A DNA stretch of 22,976 nt from Chlamydiota bacterium (GTDB lineage: Bacteria > Chlamydiota > Chlamydiia > Chlamydiales > SM23-39): NCBI GenBank assembly GCA_038534095.1, contig JBCAXK010000024.1, positions 1 through 22,976 of the forward strand, written 5' to 3'. A program made the position numbers and the translations under genes. The number at the start of each line of letters is the position of its first letter. The first letter of the stretch is position 1. The notes below the pieces were generated by a model, which was not told where the DNA came from, searched no databases, and saw nothing but the letters and a program-made list of their open reading frames with translations. This document shows, one piece after another, positions 16,054 to 22,976 of this stretch.

Positions 16054-17991
16054 ATGTTCGGTAGATTAGGATTAGAAGCGCTCAAGCATGACTGGATTGA
16101 GTACATGGCCGGCGTATCCATCGTAGGAGGCGGCGTTTTTGCCATAGCGATCATCACGTATTTCAAACTGTGGACTGTTCTTTGGAAAGATTGGATCACA
16201 AGCGTAGATCATAAGAAAATCGGCATTATGTACATCGTAGTCGCTTTTTTGATGCTGGTCAAAGGCCTTATCGACGCGGTAATGATGCGCGCTCAGCAAG
16301 CGATTGCCGTTGGAGACTCGTTTGGCTATTTAGGAGCAGACCATTACCAGCAAATCTTCACCGCTCACGGCTCTTCCATGATTTTTTTTGTGGCTATGGG
16401 CGCTATTTTTGGAATCATCAATCTCATTTTGCCGATGCAAATTGGCGCGAGAGATGTCGCCTTTCCTTTTTTGAATAATCTGAGCTTTTGGCTTTTTTCC
16501 TCGGGAGCTTTTTTGGTCATTGTTTCCCTTGTAATCGGCGTGTTTTCAGGAACAGGCTGGTCTTCGTATCCCCCCTTAGCTAGCATGAAGTACAATCCCG
16601 GTGTAGGGGTTGATTATTGGCTTTGGAGCGCGCAAGTTTCTGGGATTGGTAGCCTTCTTTCGGGGATCAATTTTTTGGTGACTATTTTCAAAATGCGCTG
16701 CCCGGGCATGCATCTGATGCGTATGCCTGTTTTTGTTTGGTCGGTTTTTGCGACGGTGGTTTTGGTCTTAGTGGCGTTCCCTATTCTGACAGCTAACCTA
16801 GGATTTTTGTTCACCGATCGGATGTTTTCCACGAAATTTTTCGATATGGCCTACGGAGGTAACCCGATGGTCTACCTCAATTTATTTTGGGCGTGGGGGC
16901 ATCCTGAAGTCTATATTTTGATTTTGCCCACCTTTGGCATGTTTTCTGAAATTGTCCCTGTCTTCTCCCAGAAAAAACTGTTTGGCTACACATCGATGGT
17001 TTGGGCGATTATCGCTATTTTGTTTTTGTCCTTTCTTGTTTGGCTTCACCACTTTTTTACGATGGGGGGAGGGCCCAAGGTAAATGCCTTTTTTGGGATC
17101 ATGACCATGATCATTGCAATACCTACAGGAGTGAAAATTTTCAACTGGCTCTTCACGATGTTCCGAGGAAAGCTCCGCTTTACTTCTCCTATGTACTGGT
17201 TTTTAGGCTTTGTTTTTCTGTTTACTGTTGGAGGTGTCGCGGGCGTGATTCTTTCTGTTCCCGGGATCAATTTTCAGCTGCACAACAGCCTTTTTCTTGT
17301 TGCGCATTTTCATTCTGTGATCATCGGCGGAGTGCTTTTCGGATTTTTTGCGGCATTTACTTTTTGGTTTCCGAAATTCATCGGATTTTCTCTTGATGAG
17401 AAACTGGGAAAATACGCTTTTTGGTGTTGGTTCATTGGGTTTTTGCTCGCCTTTATGCCCTTGTATATGCTCGGATTGATGGGAGCAACAAGAAGGTTAA
17501 ACCATTATACAGTAGCAGGCTGGCAACCATTTTTTATCATCGCATTTTTAGGTGTAATGATCATTTTACTTGGGATTGGACTGCAATTTCTTCAAATTTT
17601 TGTGAGCATTTTACGAAGAGATGCTTACAAAGATGTTACTGGAGATCCTTGGAATGCAAGGAATCTCGAATGGGCATCTAAGTCGCCCCCTCCTGTCTTC
17701 AATTTTGGCCGGATTCCTACAGTCGAAGGAAAAGATGCCTTTTGGGAGATGAAGCAACGGGGAGAGACAGGAAGAGAAGGTCCTTTTGAAGAGATCATCA
17801 TGCCCAAAAATACCCCTTACGGTTTTGTGATCGGTTTTTTGAGTTTTCTATTTTCCTTTGCGATGGTTTGGTACATTTTTTGGCTCGCTATTTTGAGCGT
17901 GATTGGGATTGTAGTTTCTATGATAGCTAGGCTCTATTTTGAAGAAACGGAGCACATCATTTCTAAAGAAGATGTGGAGAAAATGGTATGA
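16054..17991 (+). CDS. cyoB: Cytochrome bo3-type quinol oxidase subunit I
   Basis: SVDHKKIG, IFTAHG, GARDVAFP, WAWGHPEVY, VWLHHFF, PTGVKIFNW, VAHFH. All six heme/CuB His residues and the D/K-channel residues are recognisable. Confidence 0.98.
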   Translation: MFGRLGLEALKHDWIEYMAGVSIVGGGVFAIAIITYFKLWTVLWKDWITSVDHKKIGIMYIVVAFLMLVKGLIDAVMMRAQQAIAVGDSFGYLGADHYQQIFTAHGSSMIFFVAMGAIFGIINLILPMQIGARDVAFPFLNNLSFWLFSSGAFLVIVSLVIGVFSGTGWSSYPPLASMKYNPGVGVDYWLWSAQVSGIGSLLSGINFLVTIFKMRCPGMHLMRMPVFVWSVFATVVLVLVAFPILTANLGFLFTDRMFSTKFFDMAYGGNPMVYLNLFWAWGHPEVYILILPTFGMFSEIVPVFSQKKLFGYTSMVWAIIAILFLSFLVWLHHFFTMGGGPKVNAFFGIMTMIIAIPTGVKIFNWLFTMFRGKLRFTSPMYWFLGFVFLFTVGGVAGVILSVPGINFQLHNSLFLVAHFHSVIIGGVLFGFFAAFTFWFPKFIGFSLDEKLGKYAFWCWFIGFLLAFMPLYMLGLMGATRRLNHYTVAGWQPFFIIAFLGVMIILLGIGLQFLQIFVSILRRDAYKDVTGDPWNARNLEWASKSPPPVFNFGRIPTVEGKDAFWEMKQRGETGREGPFEEIIMPKNTPYGFVIGFLSFLFSFAMVWYIFWLAILSVIGIVVSMIARLYFEETEHIISKEDVEKMV

Positions 17992-18572
17992 GTAGTGGCC
18001 TTCATGCAGATCAAGAGGCGTATAGCAAAGCAACGCTAGGAACGTGGCTCTATATTTTGAGTGATTTTTTGTTTTTTGGAGTTCTCTTTGCAGTCTACGC
18101 ATTTTTTCAGGATCTAAAGCTTGCAAACGAGCTCTACCGTTTGAACTATACCTTTTATGCGACCCTGCTTTTGCTCATAAGTAGCGCGAGCGCCGGGCTG
18201 GCAGGAGCCTATTTGCATAGGCGCAATCGCCCCTATACCTTGGTGTATTTCTTGTGCGCTTTTTTCTTTGGTGCGTGCTTTTTAACCATTGAGTGTTCGA
18301 ATCTTGTAACGATATTCAATAAAGGATACAGCTGGGAATCTTCTGCCTTTTTTTCGGCCTATTTTACTCTCATTATTACCCATGGACTCCATGTGGCATT
18401 CTGCCTTTTTTGGATGATTGTTCTCTTGTTTCCCCTGTTTTTTCAGGGAATTCGCCCAAGAGATGTGCGTAGATTGACCTGCTTTCGGATGTTTTGGCAA
18501 TTTTTGAATATTGTTTGGATCTTTATTTTTACGATCGTGTATTTGATGGGTGTGGAGGGGATATATGTATGA
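17988..18572 (+). CDS. cyoC: Cytochrome bo3-type quinol oxidase subunit III
   Basis: ATGA overlap with cyoB; GTWLYILSD, LLLISS, SAFFSAYFTL..THGLHV, FWQFLNIVWIFIFTIVYL. Confidence 0.95.
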   Translation: MSSGLHADQEAYSKATLGTWLYILSDFLFFGVLFAVYAFFQDLKLANELYRLNYTFYATLLLLISSASAGLAGAYLHRRNRPYTLVYFLCAFFFGACFLTIECSNLVTIFNKGYSWESSAFFSAYFTLIITHGLHVAFCLFWMIVLLFPLFFQGIRPRDVRRLTCFRMFWQFLNIVWIFIFTIVYLMGVEGIYV

Positions 18573-18885
18573 AGATCAAGGGTGGAAGTGTAGCGTTAAA
18601 CCCACCATTTTAGGATTTTTTGTTTCCCTCATTTTTATCTACGCAGCTTACCGCTTAGATCAGATACACTTAACAAATTCTTCGGCCATCACGTTTGCGA
18701 TCATTGCTCTTTGCTCAATTCAAGCGCTTTTACAATTCCTCTTTTTTTTTCATTTGGGTTTAGAAGAGAAACCCAAATGGAATCTATATGCCTTTTTATT
18801 CACAACTCTAATTCTTATTATCGTTGTTACTGGCACCATTTGGATTTTGAACAGTTTAGATTATAATTTGATGCGCACAAATTGA
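18565..18885 (+). CDS. cyoD: Cytochrome bo3-type quinol oxidase subunit IV
   Basis: Three hydrophobic helices, QALLQFLFFFHL, WNLYAFLFT, GTIWI. ATG 18565 follows GGAGG (18554-18558). Position in the operon fits. Confidence 0.92.
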   Translation: MYEDQGWKCSVKPTILGFFVSLIFIYAAYRLDQIHLTNSSAITFAIIALCSIQALLQFLFFFHLGLEEKPKWNLYAFLFTTLILIIVVTGTIWILNSLDYNLMRTN

Positions 18886-18894
18886 AGGAGAGGC

Positions 18895-19773
18895 ATGACG
18901 CAGATTGTTGTAGAAAAGAAGCGGCTCGATACGGTACGTACCTATTTGTCGCTCACGAAACCGGGTATTGTGATGGGGAATATGATCAGCGCTTTTGCTG
19001 GGTATTTACTCGCATCTACAGGTTTGTATATGCTTTCTTCCTTTGTATGTTTTTCTATGGGTCTCTCACTTGTTATCGCCTCGGGGTGCGTGTTCAATAA
19101 CTGTTTGGATGTAGAGCTTGATGAAAAAATGTTTCGAACGAAAACTAGGGCGCTCCCTTCGGCCAAGGTGGAAAAAAAAGCCGCCTTTTTTTTCGGCCTA
19201 CTTCTCTCTTGTTTAGGTGCCTTATTTCTCGGGATGGTCAACGGTGTTGCGCTTGGATTAGCCTTTTTAGGACTGTTTTCCTATGTAGCTGTCTATTCTT
19301 TTTTCAAATACGTATCGCCTTACGCAACGCTTGTTGGAGCCGTTCCTGGAGCGATTCCTCCCCTTGTAGGATACGCTGCTGTAAAACCTACCGTTGATGG
19401 GACATTCGTGTTGCTGTTTCTTCTTTTGAGTTTTTGGCAGATTCCCCATTTTTACGCCATTTCTCTCTTCCGTCTTGAAGAGTTTCGTAAGGCTAAGCTC
19501 CCGGTTTTCCCAATCAAAAAGGGAATTTTTCGGACAAAGGTCCACATGGCGCTGTTTGCCTGCGCTTTTGTTGTGACCATTTTTTTTCTCGGGTTTTCGT
19601 TTCGCTGGCCCCGCGCTTTCCTAGTTGTGATGGGGCCAATAAGCCTATTTTGGATGGGGCAATGCGCTCTAGGTTTTTGGAGAAAGGACCTAGAGACTTG
19701 GGCGCGATCGGTGTTTGGCTTTTCCATTGTGTTGATGATGGCCTTTGCGATCAGTTGTCTTTGCTTTGCGTAA
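18895..19773 (+). CDS. cyoE: Protoheme IX farnesyltransferase (heme o synthase)
   Basis: LTKPGI, FNNCLDVELDEKMFRTKTRALP, GAVPGAIPPLVGY, FWQIPHFYAI. RBS AAGGAG. Last gene of the cyo operon. Confidence 0.96.
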   Translation: MTQIVVEKKRLDTVRTYLSLTKPGIVMGNMISAFAGYLLASTGLYMLSSFVCFSMGLSLVIASGCVFNNCLDVELDEKMFRTKTRALPSAKVEKKAAFFFGLLLSCLGALFLGMVNGVALGLAFLGLFSYVAVYSFFKYVSPYATLVGAVPGAIPPLVGYAAVKPTVDGTFVLLFLLLSFWQIPHFYAISLFRLEEFRKAKLPVFPIKKGIFRTKVHMALFACAFVVTIFFLGFSFRWPRAFLVVMGPISLFWMGQCALGFWRKDLETWARSVFGFSIVLMMAFAISCLCFA

Positions 19774-19777
19774 GAGA

Positions 19778-20866
19778 TCAGAGCTTGCTTTTCTCTGGAA
19801 AAAATAGGATGGCGTCTGACACCCGTCTGATCCACGCTCCTTGCTCCTTTTCTTCCCCAAAGGTGCTGTTTTTTACCTCACCCTCGTAGACCAAAGAAGC
19901 GCTTTCTCCTCCGCAAAGGTTGAGAGCATGAGTGCATCCAAACAGCGTAAAAAACTGGGTCAACGCATCCAAATGCATTCCATCAAAAGGGCCCGTTTTT
20001 TCTACAAGCACAAACAATAAGTGCCCATTTGGGAGAAGGCCTACTGCTGAGCGGGCATGAGGCGTGGTGATGAAGGATTCGATTGTGATGTTTTCGATAG
20101 AGTGATCAGAGATTATTTCTCCCTCATAGATCAATAACCCCGCCCCCCCTACGATGTAGTCAAAAGAAGACCAAAGAGACGCATCTTCTGGCCGGAGCTT
20201 AAGGTCTAGAGAAAATGCGATTTCTGCGCTTTCTCCTTTTTCTACAGGGAAATGCTCTTTACAATGTTTATCAATCGATAGAATCCAACCATTTTCAGGG
20301 ATGTTTGTAGAGCCTTTTCCTAAGAGTATTTCCCGAATTTTTCCTCCTTCGACAAGAATTTCTGTTCCTGCAGGATTTGTTAGAGTTGTTTTATGGAAGC
20401 TTGGGGTAAAGACAATCGCTTCTCCTGTTTTACGGTTTCTATTTAACCCAGAAATAGGATAGGGAGTTCTATCAATCACCACCTCGGCAGAAACCGTTAG
20501 TAGATCGAAATGGATACTCGAAGATAGGGGATTCCAGCCAATGGCTCCTCGCGCTTTTCTTGGTAGAGAAACCCATTCACGGGTTTTTAGAGCGCCTTTA
20601 GAAAGTCCGTCCATAAGACCTCCTTCATGATAAAAACCGGCATTGACCGCCCCTTTCGCTCCTTTTCTTTTGGCTATCGATACCAAAGACTCCCTACCAA
20701 TCCCATTGTCACTCGCCCTTGCGATCTCCATTCTACAAAGTTTTGGGTTTACTTCTAAAACATAGATGCGCTGGTATGAATTTTCGATTTTCCAGTAGTT
20801 TAAGCCCCCTTCCCCAAAGGCGCAATTTAAACAGCAACATAGAGCGATGAATAGTAATTGTCTCAT
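19778..20866 (-). CDS. Exported phosphodiester glycosidase family protein (NAGPA/DUF2233-like)
   Basis: Signal peptide; AVNAGFY, GGAGLLIYEG, HARSAVG, HALNLCGGES (variant of NLDGGGS), RRVSDAILF. Confidence 0.85.
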   Translation of the reverse strand: MRQLLFIALCCCLNCAFGEGGLNYWKIENSYQRIYVLEVNPKLCRMEIARASDNGIGRESLVSIAKRKGAKGAVNAGFYHEGGLMDGLSKGALKTREWVSLPRKARGAIGWNPLSSSIHFDLLTVSAEVVIDRTPYPISGLNRNRKTGEAIVFTPSFHKTTLTNPAGTEILVEGGKIREILLGKGSTNIPENGWILSIDKHCKEHFPVEKGESAEIAFSLDLKLRPEDASLWSSFDYIVGGAGLLIYEGEIISDHSIENITIESFITTPHARSAVGLLPNGHLLFVLVEKTGPFDGMHLDALTQFFTLFGCTHALNLCGGESASLVYEGEVKNSTFGEEKEQGAWIRRVSDAILFFPEKSKL

Positions 20867-21192
20867 AAAATTCTCCCGAAAATTTTTTCGGGGAGTATAA
20901 AAAAAGCGGAAAAAAAATACACGGGGAAATGGGGGTTTTTTGTAGGTCTTTTCAGAAAAAACTCAGATAGATGGATCGTAATCTGTACAAATTCCCTTCG
21001 ATTTTGGTGAGAAAGATACCTCCCCCTTATTCATTTGGGTTTTTTACAAATCTACAGAACTCGTGAAAAACTTTTACTCGGCGTAAAATCCTAGTTACGA
21101 ATCAAGAACTCTCTTAGTTCATCAGAGCCTCATCCGGCAGAAAGATCGATGACGCACCTTAAAAAATGAACACAAATGGTAAGAGCTCTTAT

Positions 21193-21570
21193 TTATATAA
21201 GAGGTCTTACCACCTTTAAGCCGATGAAGAAAAAAAGGATGCTCAAGACTACACTAAGAATGGCATAAAAGACCGCCGTCCAGTGCATTCCTTTTTGATA
21301 TAGCAAACCAAATTCGAGCGCAAAAGCAGAAAATGTGGTAAAGCCGCCTAAGAACCCTTGGATGAGAAAATGGCGCGTATTGAGGGAGAGATTTCCATGA
21401 AACGCCATCACCTCTGTCAAAGAACCTATCAAAAAGCATCCTAAAATATTTACAAGGAAGATCTTGAGAGGGATCGATAAAAAAATCGCAGGCAAGATCC
21501 TCATCACGGCTACTCTAGCAACGGAGCCTAGAGCTCCCCCTAGGGCAATCCAAAAAAAAGAACTTTTCAT
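21193..21570 (-). CDS. crcB: Fluoride efflux channel CrcB/FluC
   Basis: 125 aa from ATG 21570 (AGGTG upstream). Four TM helices, GGALGSVAR, FLVNILGCFLIG, GFLGGFTTFSAF. Confidence 0.95.
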   Translation of the reverse strand: MKSSFFWIALGGALGSVARVAVMRILPAIFLSIPLKIFLVNILGCFLIGSLTEVMAFHGNLSLNTRHFLIQGFLGGFTTFSAFALEFGLLYQKGMHWTAVFYAILSVVLSILFFFIGLKVVRPLI

Positions 21571-21894
21571 AAAACACCTAAAGCGCCATGTTTTCCAAAA
21601 ATACAGTTCATGCAGCATGAAACCGATAATCCCTTATATGCCTAATGATAGAAGGGCGTCAGATCCTTGTCTTTACAAAAATTTCTTCAAAGGGTTTTTG
21701 TAGATTCTTTATTCTGCTCTTACAAGAGTTATCTAGGTCGTATGTAAGGGATAGTTAGTGGACAAAGCGATGTGTTCGAGTCTCTAGAGAAGAAAACTTT
21801 TGTATGGAAAGCGATTGTTTGTTGGGATTTTTGTTGCATATAAAATGCATTCTCTATAAAACGATTCCGTATTTATGTAATTTCGAGGTTTATT

Positions 21895-22176
21895 ATGAAA
21901 GTTATTGATGTTGCTAACAACTCTTTATCTGCAATGTGGGATTTGGATACAACGAATTTCGGTTCTAGTAGTAGAAATAAGCGCATAGAAGAGTTTTTAA
22001 ATCCCACAAAAAATGAATTTCATATTCCTCGGGGCGGTCCTATTTATTTCAGCACAGAGGGCGGAATACAGAGCTCTCTTAATTCTCGAAAACAGGTTTG
22101 TCACTTAGGTGCGGAGGATCAGAGTAGCCATCGTATTAGTGAACTGTTTAAACAAGCTCTAAATATACAAATCTAG
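21895..22176 (+). CDS. Small hypothetical protein (93 aa), possibly truncated by a premature TAG
   Basis: ATG follows GAGGT and an AT-rich promoter-like region (TTGCAT...TATAAA). No family recognised. The frame stays open to 22302 after the TAG. Confidence 0.55.
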   Translation: MKVIDVANNSLSAMWDLDTTNFGSSSRNKRIEEFLNPTKNEFHIPRGGPIYFSTEGGIQSSLNSRKQVCHLGAEDQSSHRISELFKQALNIQI

Positions 22177-22709
22177 GAACCCTTACTCGTTATGGATGAA
22201 AACGGTCTTTCTCGAGAGCGTGCGCGATTCTTACCTCGCGACGCTGTCGAAAAGGCCTTATCTTCACTATCGATAAGAGGGATTTTCAGGGGAGTCCATT
22301 AAAAACTAGCAGTAAAATTCTCCACCTTACTTCCTTTAAGCTAGTAAGCCGTTAAGCCGCCTCCCTTATTCACTTTCGTTATTGATTCATCAAACATCCC
22401 GTACAATATTTTGATGTTTTCTTAGCAAAAATTCATTAGAGAATTTTCACTCACGAACAATCCTTTTAACTATAGCTTATTTTCTCCTCCAAATAGTTAA
22501 GGGTTTTTTGATCCAATTGTTGGTGATTTCTATTACTTAGACAAGCACTGCAACAATGCCCATCTTGTATGCATAGAAATAAGATTAAAATAACTTGTTG
22601 CAAGAAGATTTAAATACAATGTCTCAGATGCTCTTTTTGTTTTGTATTGTAGATAAATATTATAATTATATAAGATGAATAGTCCGATTAATTTTTAAAG
22701 AGAATTTAT

Positions 22710-22976
22710 ATGAGCGCATCCTTCATACGAGAAAATCCTTTTAGCACACAAATTAGCACAATAGAACAACCACCTAGAGATAGATCTGTTGCCATCAAAG
22801 AAATCGTACATCCAACTCCGATTGTCATGAGAGAAAGAAATAGATCTGTTGCCATCAAAGAAATCGTATATGCAACTCCGATTTTCATGAGAGAAAGAAA
22901 TAGATCTGTTGCCATCAAAGAAATCGTACATCCAACTCCGATTGTCATGAGAGAAAGAAATAGATCTGTTGCCATC
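22710..22976 (+). CDS. 5' part of a hypothetical protein with 20-aa tandem repeats; runs off the window end and is absent from the ORF track
   Basis: ATG 22710 gives MSASFIRENPFSTQISTIEQPPRD-RSVAIKEIVHPTPIVMRERN-RSVAIKEIVYATPIFMRERN-RSVAIKEIVHPTPIVMRERN-RSVAI with no stop. Upstream is an AT-rich region with TATAAT at 22661-22666. Confidence 0.62.
   Translation, partial: MSASFIRENPFSTQISTIEQPPRDRSVAIKEIVHPTPIVMRERNRSVAIKEIVYATPIFMRERNRSVAIKEIVHPTPIVMRERNRSVAI
22780..22976. repeat. 60-bp tandem repeat, 3 full units plus a partial fourth, continuing off-window
   Basis: ATAGATCTGTTGCCATC begins at 22780, 22840, 22900 and 22960. Units 1 and 3 are identical; unit 2 differs at 22869, 22872 and 22884. 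Confidence 0.98.

Noticed and set aside
21090..21150. Hammerhead-like or fluoride-riboswitch-like RNA on the minus strand (CCGGATGAGGCTCTGATGAAC...CGTAAC)
   Set aside because: CTGATGA is present, but GAAA is replaced by GTAA and stem III cannot be formed. The riboswitch pseudoknot partner is absent and the site lies downstream of crcB.
20931..21705. GGGTTTTT(T)GTAG-like direct repeats flanking crcB as insertion scars
   Set aside because: The matches are short, low-complexity and imperfect, with no transposase or terminal inverted repeats.
22695..22975. Minus-strand ORFs of 78 and 89 aa over the tandem repeat
   Set aside because: Probably shadows of a stop-free repeat unit. The plus frame has an ATG, a unique N-terminus and an upstream promoter-like region. 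Not fully excluded.
22780..22976. CRISPR array
   Set aside because: The whole 60-bp unit repeats, there are no unique spacers, the period is a multiple of three, and no cas genes are in the window.

Overview
A 23-kb chromosomal window from a member of the Chlamydiae, most likely an environmental or protist-associated lineage. The taxonomic call rests on a class Ic NrdB very similar to C. trachomatis R2c and a CT016-like gene divergent from a PIN-PhoH gene. Gene order: the 3' part of nrdA (frame open from base 1), nrdB, two tandem terminator hairpins, a ~2,926-aa PATR-type autotransporter built from five ~1.4-kb internal modules, a CT016-like zinc-finger protein, PIN-PhoH (PhoH2), a glycerophosphodiester phosphodiesterase, cyoABCDE, a phosphodiester-glycosidase-family protein, crcB/fluC, a small ORFan, and a 60-bp tandem-repeat ORF running off the right end. 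The most unusual signal is in the first 402 nt. This stretch is not RNR sequence but the C-terminal part of an intein (degenerate LAGLIDADG blocks, block F, terminal His-Asn). It is inserted in specificity loop 2 of NrdA and followed by Gly rather than Cys/Ser/Thr, so canonical splicing is not possible. Other points of interest are patchy hypervariability and a G9 tract in the autotransporter, an Arg71-to-Lys change in the CyoB quinol site, and the 20-aa repeat ORF that the ORF track missed. All family assignments come from motif recognition by eye; no searches were run.
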